A stretch of 64,000 nucleotides of DNA from an uncultured Ureaplasma sp. Its GTDB lineage: Bacteria > Bacillota_I > Bacilli_A > Mycoplasmatales > Mycoplasmoidaceae. This document shows positions 38,456 through 51,349 of this stretch, one piece after another (position 1 is the stretch's first letter; every line of letters starts with the position of its first letter). A model generated the notes under the pieces. It searched no databases and was not told the DNA's origin. It saw nothing but the letters and a program-made list of their open reading frames with translations. The DNA lies in contig CACXEQ010000024.1 of NCBI GenBank assembly GCA_902766725.1, positions 13,577 through 77,576 of the forward strand, given 5' to 3'. The translations under genes and the position numbers were made by a program.

Positions 38456-39692
38456 TTTTGCGAAGTTTTTTCTTATTTTTATATTGAATCAATTGGATCG
38501 TTATTAGAGGAATGGCCCCTATTGTTCCTGTTAATGTTGGCAAATAAGTATAGAATCATCGTCATAAAAAAATACTATTGATAGTGATTCTTTCTTTTTC
38601 TCATTCATTAACATTGCTATTTTTTCAACAGTTTGTTAATGTTAATAAATCTTTTAAAAATTTATCAAGAGTTAATATCCCGCCAGGGATAAAAAAGAAA
38701 ATAGTATTTGCTGTAACAGCAACATTAGCACAATTAAAAGCCATATAGAAATTTATATTTGTATTCTCTTGAGTAAATATCATTCCAAAGCATATACACA
38801 AATATAAATAAATCTCAAAACCAACATATAAAACAAAACATATTAAAGATATTTTTCAATCTTTAATAAGATTTATAAAATTATTTCGCATTGTTGCTCT
38901 TATTTGGTATTTTTGTTCAATTTGTTCTTTTGTATGATATTTCATCCCAAATTTTTTTTTAATTCAATTACCAACACGAGAAAGAATGAAATGAATTTTT
39001 TTAGATCAACATAAAATAAATCAACCAAAAAAACATAAAAAATTAAATCCCATCCCTAAAATAACAGTTATCAGTGTGAATCAACCGTCTCTGTTTTGCA
39101 CTAATTTTATAAATCCATCATTAATAGTTCATAAATAAATAAAGGATGGTAAAGTAACAGTTAATGCTGCTGCTTGTCACGTAAGGGAGTTAGTAATTAC
39201 AATGCTTGTTGCTTTATCTGTTGATAAACCTTTGGTTTTTAGTCAAAACATTGTATATGGATCGATGAAAATTGATGGTGGTGTTATTCCTTTAAAAAAT
39301 GCAATCGTTAAAGAAAAAATAATATATTCCCATGTGGGAATATTAATATTGATTTTTGATAAACGTGGATAAAAACCAAGAAATGCATATGCAATACTTC
39401 ATAGATATTCAAGACAAAAACAAACAAATAAAACATAGCCAATTTTTCTATTAAATCCATTATTTATTGCACCAAAAAATTGTTTTACATCTATTTTAAG
39501 AACCAAACTAAATGCTAAGGCAATCAAGACAAGTGAAAGAACAAAGAAAAAAAACAAAAAAAAGATATTTTTCTTTGAATAAATTTTTTTACCTTCAATA
39601 GATTCAATAAGTGTCTCATTGGACTGTTTTATTCTGGTGGTAAAAAAATTATGTTTGTGTTCATTCTTGCAATCAATGTTTGATTTCATCAT
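38445..39692 (-). CDS. Polytopic membrane protein, possibly flippase-like (LPG-synthase TM-region/UPF0104-like)
   Basis: Track ORF 39399..39692 is extended through many TGA codons to a TAA at 38445..38447 (416 codons). There are multiple hydrophobic spans. The family call is only an impression from the architecture. It overlaps the glf start by 11 nt. Confidence 0.5.
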
Positions 39693-39730
39693 GATTAGAT
39701 ATTAATTATATATTTTTATCTATTATAGAA

Positions 39731-40432
39731 TTAATTAGTTAATTTTACATTAGAATAGTATTTTAATATTTTAATAGAAATTTGACAAATATGATTAGCA
39801 AAAACATGAAAATTATTTCGATATTGATTTAAATGATTAGTTTGTGGTGTGCATAAATTATCAGATATTATTTTTAAGCAAATGAAATTAACATTAGTTT
39901 TGTTGCATATTTGTGCAATTGCTGTTGCTTCCATATCAAATCCTAATATTTTTCCTTGAACAATTGCTGGGAATTGTTCAATATTTTTAGCGTTTATAAA
40001 TGAATCAGAAGTAGCTAATGCACCAATTTTAGCATTGTTAAACAATCTTTTTAATAATAAAATATTTGATTGATTAATTGGATATATTTTTTTTTCATTT
40101 GGTAACTGGTTGGCAGGATAATTAAGTGTTGTTAGATCAACATCACAATACATTAATGAATCAACAATTAATAAATCATCAACTGATATATTAGGCTTAT
40201 GGCTACCACACATACCAATATTTATTATTATTGTTGGTTGAAAATTGATAATCATATTCATGGTTGCAGCAGCAGCATTAGCTTTGCCCACCCCTGAAAA
40301 ACAAATTACTATTTGTTTATCATTTAATGATCCAATGTAAAAACAAAAATTATTAAATTCAATAATTTTTGCATTTATTTCTTTTAGAAGATTACCAACT
40401 TCTTCCTTTTCTGCAGCAATTAGACCAATCAT
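39731..40432 (-). CDS. mtnN: 5'-methylthioadenosine/S-adenosylhomocysteine nucleosidase
   Basis: The product starts MIGLIAAEKEEV...ICFSGVGKANAAAATMNMI, with GFDMEATAIAQ further on. Uninterrupted 233-aa ORF. Confidence 0.85.
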   Translation of the reverse strand: MIGLIAAEKEEVGNLLKEINAKIIEFNNFCFYIGSLNDKQIVICFSGVGKANAAAATMNMIINFQPTIIINIGMCGSHKPNISVDDLLIVDSLMYCDVDLTTLNYPANQLPNEKKIYPINQSNILLLKRLFNNAKIGALATSDSFINAKNIEQFPAIVQGKILGFDMEATAIAQICNKTNVNFICLKIISDNLCTPQTNHLNQYRNNFHVFANHICQISIKILKYYSNVKLTN

Positions 40433-41469
40433 TAGTATTTTTTCTCATTTAATTTTAAAATCTTCAAAAATGTTTTTGATAAATTTTGGAGACATTCATT
40501 AAATAGTATACATCTATTTTTGATGTCTTTTTCAGATCTTGCTGGTTCTAATTTATCAGCACAAAATAGAGCTTTAGCAATCTTGTTTTTAAAACTTGTT
40601 TTTTTAAAAATGACATGGCTATTTATTGCATCTAAAATTTTTGGATCATTTATTTTAAATTTCTGTTTAGCAATTTTTGCCCCAGCTAAGCCGTGAGCAC
40701 AATGAAGACTAGGAAAGCTGGCAAGTTCATTAGCAGATATAAGGTGTTGCAGTTTATGTATAGGTAATTCTTTAGCTATATCATGTAAGATTGCAGCAAT
40801 CTGACATCTTCATATGTCTTTATCATTAAAATTATTATAAATAGCTATTTTTGATATAGTATCTAACACACGCAAGGTATGACAATATCTATATTCACTC
40901 ATGTATTTTTTTATTTGGTATTGTAAATATAATTTATTGTTTTTAATGAATTGATAATTTGATTTTCCTAGTTGATTTATATTAGGTTTAGATCGTAATT
41001 TTGTACTACAATAAGCGAAAATTCTATCATCAATAATTAGATGTTTTTTTGCTATTTGAATTATTTTTTTGTTTGATCGTTTATAACAAATAATTGTTGT
41101 TAACTTATTTAGTGAATCATATTTGTTTCACTTTTTAATTAATAAATATTGATCTTGCCCAATTAGAAAAAAGAGTTTTGAATTTGGAAAATTATTTTTT
41201 ATATCTTCAATGATATTGTAGGTATATATATATTTTTTTTTGTTATGATAAAAACTAAATTTAAGTTGATTTTTAAAAAGATTTTCGACCATTTGTTTTC
41301 TATATGAAAAAGGAACAAGTTCACCAATATTTTTTCAAGGTGGAATTTTATCAATGCAAATAATTATTTTATTTGGTTTGATTTTATTAGCAACACATAG
41401 TACAATTTTTAAATGACCAATGTGAGGAGGATTGAAAGCACCAGCAAAGATTAATATTTTATTATTCAT
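40432..41469 (-). CDS. nadD: Fusion of nicotinate-nucleotide adenylyltransferase (NadD) with a YqeK-type HD-domain hydrolase
   Basis: The ATG at 41469 opens MNNKILIFAGAFNPPHIGHLKIV (the NadD H-x-G-H motif). The C-terminal half carries RYCHTLRVLD...AAILHDIAKE...HCAHGLAGA...FCADKLEP, the HD-domain signature. The reading frame is continuous for 346 codons with TGA = Trp. Confidence 0.8.
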
Positions 41470-41485
41470 ATGTTTTTTATTTATA

Positions 41486-43894
41486 TTACATTTTACTTTT
41501 TATATCAAAAGAAACATTAGCATTAGTTATATGATTAGTAGTTCTATTAATTTTCGATTTATATTCAATATAATTTATATTTGATGAATCAATATATTCT
41601 TTTTGATTATTTGAATTTGTAACAACAATTATTGTTCCTTTGGAAATTGGTAATATTTTAATAACATTAATTCCTGGATTAGTAGCAATGAAATCACTTA
41701 CAGATTTGCCAATATTTGATCTGTTTCCAAAAGGAATAGAATTTAAATCAATTTTTTTAAGTTGATAATTTGTTACTATAGCAACATGGGTTATTGATGG
41801 TTTTACTAAAAAACATGATGATATTTTATCATTTTGCTTTAATCCCATAGCTTTAACACCTTTAGCTGTTTTACTAACATGTGGTATTTGATCAACTAAG
41901 TAAGAGTTTATGTATCCATTGATTGAACAAATAACAATTTTTTGCTGATCATTATCAATTTTAAAAACAGCTACAATTTTATCGCCATCATCTAATTTTG
42001 CATATTTATTAATGGTATTTTTTTTAGTAATAAATTCTGATAATTCACATCGACGAATGTATCCAAACATTGAACATATAACAATTTGAGTTTTATTAAT
42101 AGCAATTTGGTACTTGGAATTAATAACTTGAATTATTTCACCTTGTAATGATGAATTTATGATGCTATTTATATGAGTTCCTATATCTTTAAATTTACAT
42201 TCAGGAATTTTATTATTTGTTATAGAAATATATTTGCCATTGCTTGTAAATATTAATGATTTATCACGCATATTAGCCTTATATTGATTAACAATTAGAT
42301 CATTAGATTTTAAAAAAATATCATTTTGCTCATTTGCTAAAAAAGTTTTATTACTAAATGACTTGATATAACCACTATTAGTAAATGTATAAATTTGATC
42401 TTTATCATCAATTAAATCTAGTTCATCAATTTTAATTTCGCTATTTCTATGCGAAAATTTGCATTTTCTAGATAAAGGATAATTTTTTTTAAATTCTCTT
42501 AATTTGTTTTTCAATTCTAATAAGCGAGCATTTTTAGAATCAACTAAATTTTTTAAAATAATCATTTGACTATTTAAATTAGTTAACTCTTCTTTCAATA
42601 TAGCAACATCAGTATTAGTTAATCTATAAAGTTTTAATTGAATAATTGCTTCTGCTTGTTTATTAGTAAAATTAAATTTTTGAATCAAATTATTAATGGC
42701 ACTTTCCTTATCATTTGCTTTTCTAATATTTGAAACAATATCATCAATAATTAATATAGCTTTAATTAAACCAGTTACAATTTCTTTTCTAGTATTTACT
42801 TTATCTAAATCAAATTTAGCTGATTTTAGAATAATTTGTTCTGCATGGTCAATAAATGTTTGAATAAAAGTAAGAATATCAAGTAAAATAGGTTTTCTGT
42901 TTTTAATAGCAACCATATTAAAGCTAAAACTAGTTTGAAGTTTAGTATTTTTATAAAGATAATTTCTAATAAAGTCAAAATCTGAATTTTGTTTAGTCTC
43001 AATAAGAATGTTTACACCATTAGCATCAGATTCATCTCTAACTTCTACAATTTTCAATGCATCAATTTTATCTTTTACTTGATCAATTTGCTTGATAATG
43101 TCTGATTTATTTGTTTCAAAAGGAATAGATGTTATATTAATTTCATTGTCATTTATTTTTGTTATTTCACCCGCAATTAAGATTTTTCCTTTTCCTGTTT
43201 TATAGGCAGATTTTATTCCATCTAAATTTGAAATAATTCCACCAGTTGGAAAATCTGGTCCGGGCATAATGGTTAAAATTTTATCTAATTGACAATTAGG
43301 TGAATCTATTTTGCAGATAATAGCATCAACAAGTTCACAAGGATTGAATGGTGGAATATTTGTGGCATATCCAGCTGCAATACCATTAGCTCCATTAATA
43401 AGTAAATTAGGATAAATTGTTGGTAGAACTATTGGCTCCTGTTCCGACCCATCAAAATTAGGAATAAAATCGACAGTATTTTTTTTAAGATCAATTACCA
43501 TCATTTCACCAAATGTAGATAAACGACATTCTGTATATCGCATAGCTGCAGGTCCATCTCCATCAATTGATCCTTTGTTACCATGCATATCTAAAAGACA
43601 AATGTTATTTTTTCATTCCTGTGATAATCTGACCATTGCCTCATAAATAGAGCTATCACCATGAGGATGATATTTACCAATTACTTCACCTACAGTTCTA
43701 GCAGATTTTTTATGTGGTAAAGTATGAAGCAAATTTAGTTCACTCATAGCATAAATAATTCTTCTTTGTACTGGTTTTAATCCATCTCTTACATCTGGTA
43801 ATGCTCTATCTTGGATAATATATTTAGCATATTGATTAAAACTATTTGCCACAATATTTTCTATTGGAATATTTTTATTGTTTTGATTATTCAT
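41486..43894 (-). CDS. parC: DNA topoisomerase IV subunit A
   Basis: The N-terminus reads ...[25 protein letters not shown], with the ParC-type KPVQRR signature. [11 protein letters not shown] contains the active-site Tyr. Two same-frame fragments give 803 codons. It lies downstream of parE. Confidence 0.9.
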
Positions 43895-43897
43895 ATG

Positions 43898-45835
<1,938 letters not shown>

Positions 45836-45896
45836 TTATAATATTTAAATTTTTTATTTTAGAATTCAATGCAAAATTATAGAAGACAAACAAATT

Positions 45897-46493
45897 ATGA
45901 ATTTGAAAGAATATAAAAAAGTTAGTAAATTTAGTTATTTAAAATATTGCAAATATTTAAAGAATAAGTATGGCCGTTCAAAAGGCAATTTTTTCAATGT
46001 ATATTGAAGTCAAAATCAAAAAATTAAAAGAACAGATGAGGGTATAGTCATCCATCACATAATGGAAAATAAAGCAATTATGCTTGCAAGGAAAGATTAT
46101 GCTATGCAATTACCATATAAATGACAACATGCTAATAAATTAGTATATTGTGATTTATTAGAACATTTATTTCTTCATATTTTAATTTGTGAAAATTCTT
46201 TAAATGATAAAAATAAAAACACATTATTTGGTTTAGGTGGAATAATAAATTTTCTTGTTCCTGAACTAAATGATGTTTATTCTGGTTGAATTACAAAACA
46301 ATCTTGAAGATTAAATACACACAGAAATATTTGTAATGATTTAGATGTGTATTTAATGTTAATAAAAAGATTTAAAAATAATTTTCCAAAATATGAAAAT
46401 TATCTATATAAAAGTTTCTCAGAAATATATCCAATTGATAATTGAGTCAAAGAAAAAGATAAAAGATTATTTACAAAAATTAAGAATTTATAA
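45897..46493 (+). CDS. Hypothetical protein (198 aa) with a possible degenerate HNH-like motif
   Basis: The ATG at 45897 starts an ORF of 199 codons, open with five TGA read as Trp. The segment DEGIVIHHIMENKAIML...HANKLVYCDLLEHLFLH has an HH...N...H spacing reminiscent of HNH/His-Me nucleases. No flanking Cys pairs are present. Confidence 0.5.
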
Positions 46494-46522
46494 TATGTTT
46501 TTAATATTTTTTCTTAATATTC

Positions 46523-46542
46523 ATAGTGAATCACTATTTTTT
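46523..46542 (+). terminator. Rho-independent terminator after the 198-aa ORF
   Basis: ATAGTG-aat-CACTAT hairpin followed directly by a T6 run. It lies 30 nt after the stop at 46493. Confidence 0.5.
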
Positions 46543-46594
46543 AATATAAGTTATAATTTATTAGGATTTAAATATATATTTAGATAATAAAATC

Positions 46595-47632
46595 ATGAAA
46601 AAAATATTTAATATTGAAAAAATTAAAAAGGCATTTTATACTGCAATTTATTTGACTAAAACTAAAAAAATAATTACTTCTAATAATTTACATAACCATA
46701 CTATTTTAAGATATACCCACTTAAATAAAAATGATATTTTTGTATGTGGAATTAGTCATTGTGTTGAAATATTAAAGCAATATAAAGGTAATTTTAATGT
46801 TTATGGAATAAAAGATGGTAGTTTAGTTAGATCTGGTCAACCGATTTTAGTAATTTCTGGTGATTATTCAAGTGTTGCTGAAACAGAATCAGTTTTAGAT
46901 GGTATTTTATCTAGAGAATCATCTATATGCAATAAAGTAAAAAAGATTTTAAATTTAATTAAACCCGATCAATTAATTTATATGGGTGATAGATCTGATG
47001 TTTATGTTACTCAACCGTTTGATGGTTATGCTGCTTATATAGCAGGAATGCGAATATTTACAACTAATGCTCAAGTTAGTTTACTATGTGATAAGAATGT
47101 TAAAGTTGTGGGGACAATGCCACATGCTTTAATCCAACAGTTTAATGGTAATTTATCAAAAGCATTATGAGCTTACCACAAAACTTATCCTAATGAAAAA
47201 CTTTCTGCTTTAGTTGATTATCATAATGATGTAGTTACTGAAATTAAAAAAATAGACAAAAAATTATATCAATTAATTGATTCAATTAGAATCGATACAT
47301 CTAGTTCAATATGTGATAAATCACTATCTAAAAATAAAAATAATTTTGGAGTTAGTTCTAAGTTGGTTTTAAAAGCAAGACAAGCATTAAATAATTGTGG
47401 TTTAGAAAATGTAAAAATTATTGTTTCTTCAGGTTTTAATTTTCAAAAAATTAAACATTTTATAGACAATAAAATTCCTGTCGATAAATATGGAATTGGT
47501 GCATGAATAAATAAAGTTGATGTGAATGTGACCTGTGATTTAGTTTATTTGAATCAAAAAAAGCAGGCAAAATTTAATAGAAAATTGGGTATAAAAACAG
47601 TTCAATTAAAACAATTAATTAAATATAAATAG
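46595..47632 (+). CDS. Nicotinate phosphoribosyltransferase-like (type II PRTase fold)
   Basis: Track ORF 46595..47170 is extended through TGA codons to a TAG at 47630..47632 (346 codons). VVGTMPHALIQ and IRIDTSS...VSSGF...GIGAW segments resemble the NAPRTase/QPRTase family. Confidence 0.7.
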
Positions 47633-47750
47633 TCTAGTTGATTAAGTGCTAATAATCTTTTTTTTGAAAATTTATATATTAATAAATATATATTTTTTTT
47701 GTTAAATTTTTAGTTTACAAACAAGATATAAATATTATAAGAGGTGTGAT

Positions 47751-48689
47751 ATGATGCATGATGATTCATTAAAAACAAGTATTGAAAATTTTGATAATGC
47801 TATTTATTTAAACAAAACAAGTCAAATAAATACTGCCGGACAATCCCTTGATATTAAAACTAATGTAGACAATTCAGTTATTTTGCTTAAACAACAAAAG
47901 AAAGATAAATTTAAATCATTTCTAAAAAGAAATAAAAATTTTAGTTTTATTCCTAAATTTTATATACATGAATATAAAAGATTTATGGCATTATTTATTT
48001 TATGGTTGATAATTAATGTTATTGTGGTAAGTTTATCATCATGAGCTAGTATAGTAATTATCAATAGTGCTCATATTAGCAATTGAGTAATGTTAACATT
48101 GTTACCATGCATAATATTAACATTAAGTTTTTTAGTTATTTATACTAATAATTTTATAGATTTTAGAAACGAAGCAAAAAATGTAGATTTTCAAAAAGAA
48201 AAAGTCATAACAATCAATATTAAAAAATTGTATATGCGTTTAAAAACTGCTTATATAAATATTAATTGATTTTGTGCATTGTCATATATATTAAGTTGTT
48301 TTGTAATTTTAATTGTTTATTTAGTAGCATGATCAATGACATTTAGATGAGATAGCGGACCTAAATGGGGCATTCTTAATGATGGAAGATTTCAATATAA
48401 TCCTATATTCTTGATAATTGTAATCTCTGCAGTCACATGAATATTTCTTACTTTTATTTTTCATGTATCATCATTAGTTAGCTGTTATGTAAGATCTAAC
48501 AAAATTGATCATTTCTATTCGATTCAAATTATTCCATCTGATGAAATAAATATGTTGAAAAAGAAAAAAAATCATAGAGATGCCATTATTTTTATGGCAT
48601 TTATTGCAATTATTGTTTTAATTGGTTTATATATTTATAGAACTATTAAAACAAAAAAAACAAATAATATCAGTGTTTATACAAAATAA
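47751..48689 (+). CDS. Hypothetical polytopic membrane protein (312 aa)
   Basis: Track ORF 47751..48044 continues in frame through TGA codons to a TAA at 48687..48689. It has a soluble N-terminal ~75 aa followed by about 5 hydrophobic spans. No recognisable family. Confidence 0.6.
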
Positions 48690-48690
48690 A

Positions 48691-49344
48691 TTATTTTTGA
48701 AATAATTTTGTTTTTAAATTTATTTGATCAATATTATTAAAAAATCAACTTCCTGAAATTACACAATCAACATAGTTTTTAACTAGTGGAATAGTCTTAT
48801 CATTAATACCACCATCGATTTGTATAATAAGATTTGAGAATTTTTTTTTCAATTTTTTAGATATTGATAAGTTATTGTAACAATTATGAGAAAATGTTTG
48901 ACCGGCTTTACCAGGTTCAACAGACATGATAAGTAAAATATTAACATAAGGCATTAATTTTATATATTTTTTTAAATCAGTTTCCATTTTAATAGCAATC
49001 ATTGTTTTGAAACCCATTTTTTCTATTTTTTTTAAAATTAAAATCGCTTTTAATGTATTTTGGGATTCTACATGAAAACCAAGTGAATTTAATTTAAAAT
49101 ATCTATATTTTTCTATTCATTTGTTTGGATCATTGACCATTAAATGGACATCTGCTTTTAGGTTACAATCTTGAATATCTTTTAAATATTGTGAAATAAA
49201 TGATGTATTATTACAAAAACTTTTTTCCATGACATCATAATGAATATAATTAATCCCCATAGCTTTAATTTTTTTTAATTGAGGAATAATTTTCTTTGAT
49301 GCGTTTATTGATAATAGTGATGGTTCAAGTATTATTCTATTCAT
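48691..49344 (-). CDS. rpe: Ribulose-phosphate 3-epimerase
   Basis: The product starts MNRIILEPSLLSI...IHYDVME...DVHLMV...MSVEPGKAGQ...IQIDGGIN. Same-frame fragments are joined by TGA. I preferred the ATG at 49344 over the upstream TTG at 49377. Confidence 0.9.
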
Positions 49345-49360
49345 TGCATTTACTCCGTAA

Positions 49361-51349
49361 TCAATATTCAAGAGCAATCATTGATTTAACATCATTTTCG
49401 CAATATTTTTTTAAATCAATTTCTATTTTTTCCCATTCATCATCTGCAATTTTGCCATAAAATCTTAATGTTGTAATATTCTGAGCATCAACTCCATTAT
49501 GGACATTTAAATCTTCTTTGTAATTTAAACAACCAACATATTTATAAATAGCAAAATCATTATTCATAATAAAATTTAGAACATATTTAATGGAATAAAA
49601 TCCTTTTAATTGTCATATAAAACATCCTGTCTGTGATTTGGTTGTTATATTAAAGCAGTCAGCTAAGTCAAAAACATTATTAATAATTAAATCAATTTTT
49701 TCACTATAACTTTTTTTATTAATTATTTCTTTCATCTCTTTAAGTCTGGGAATTTCAAAATTTTTATTATAAACAACAAATGAGTAATCATTTATTTTAT
49801 CAATATTTATTCCATCTAATAAAGCATCAACAATTTGTTCCATATTTTTTGGTGTTAAACCATATTTAGAACCTGGGTCAAAAACCAAATTGGTTTTTGA
49901 CATTTTTTTTGGATCTTTAATAGTGCCTAAATCTCTAATAATTGATACTTGAGTACATATCTGTTGAAAAGCATCAATATTATCCATTGGTCTTTTTGCT
50001 AAACAAATTGATTCAAAATCAAAATATATTTTTTTATTTTTTAATTTTTTAAAATGTATTTTACATTGATTGGGAATAAAATATGGTAATTTTTCATTTG
50101 CTTGATTTATAGCATTAAGTATATATGTTCATTTTTCAGATTGTAAATTGAAAATATTTTTTTTCTTTTTGTCAGATTGACATTCTAAAATATTGTAATG
50201 ATTTGATTGAATAAACTTTAAATGTGCTATTACATTTTTTAAATCCAATTTAATTTTTGTAGCGAAAAAATTATTAAAAATTTTTTCTAACATCAATGCT
50301 TTTTTCATATTTCATAAATTACCACTATAACCAATAAAATGCCAATTATTACTACAAGATCATAATTGCTTTAATTGAGATTTATAAGTTTGATTAGTCT
50401 TCATACCATATATAAAGCATTCAGATGGATTTAAATCAATTGTATTGGTAATTTGTGTTTGATAAATTTCATCAATTTTTTGTCAAAATTTATTTTCATC
50501 AAAATAATCAATAAAATTTTCTGTTAATTTGTTTTTATTTTTTCTTACCAAATCATTTAAATAAAAATGATTTGTATCTTTAATTTCACTGATATGTAAT
50601 GGGGATTTTCTTCAACATAAACAGTCACATTGGATTAATGGCAATGTATTTTTTTTAGCCTGTTTTGTTGATTCGACAAGAAAAATTTTGTAATCATTTA
50701 TTTTTGGTAAATTGTGGCTAATTAGACAATCATTAATTACATGATAGTCATAAATCAATGATAATGTTTGTGTACCATTAATTTTTTTAGAAGCAAACGC
50801 TTCGCAAATGATAATGTTATCACCATTTTTGATAATAGCATGAGGAACTGCTTTGGCTTTATTTTTAGAAATAAATAAAGGTTTAAAGATAATTATTTTG
50901 CTTTGTGATAAATAATATTTAAAAATATATTCAGTTTTTTGTTCAATTGAATGAAATTTGAATTCTTTAAAATAATCAATAATTTTATAATCGTAAAATT
51001 GGTGATTATTCTTGAAATAATTGATAAAATTATCATAAATTCATTGCCCTTCTAATAATTTGGCATCGGTTATATTATCAAGATTATTTAGATCAAGTTC
51101 TAAAATTTGATCTAAATCAATATTAATATCATGATCATCATCTATTTCATTATCTTCGTTTTGATCAATAATTAAATCACTATCAGCTCTAACACCAGAA
51201 ATTTCAGCCTGTTTTTGATAAATTATTCTAATTTGATTATATATTTCATCTTGGATTTTTGTTTCATCAATAAATCAAAGACTTTTAGGTAAACTAAAAC
51301 TATTAATGTAATTAGTTTTAGATACATATGGATGAATTTGTTTATCCAT
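49361..51349 (-). CDS. DUF2779-domain protein (662 aa)
   Basis: The ATG at 51349 overlaps the lysS 3' end by 8 nt. The N-terminus is MDKQIHPYVSKTNYINSFSLPKSLWF. A later segment KIYFDFESICLAKRPMDNIDAFQQICTQVSII fits the DUF2779 hallmark as I recall it (YF-DFE-T...P...PYQQIPFQ-S). The C-terminus carries KKYCENDVKSM. Total is 663 codons with TGA = Trp. Confidence 0.7.

Noticed and set aside
49345-49377. Longer rpe model starting at the TTG at 49377 (MLLNIDYGVNAMNRI...).
   Set aside because: It would overlap the DUF2779 3' end by 17 nt and add a non-conserved extension. The ATG at 49344 gives the usual Rpe N-terminus.
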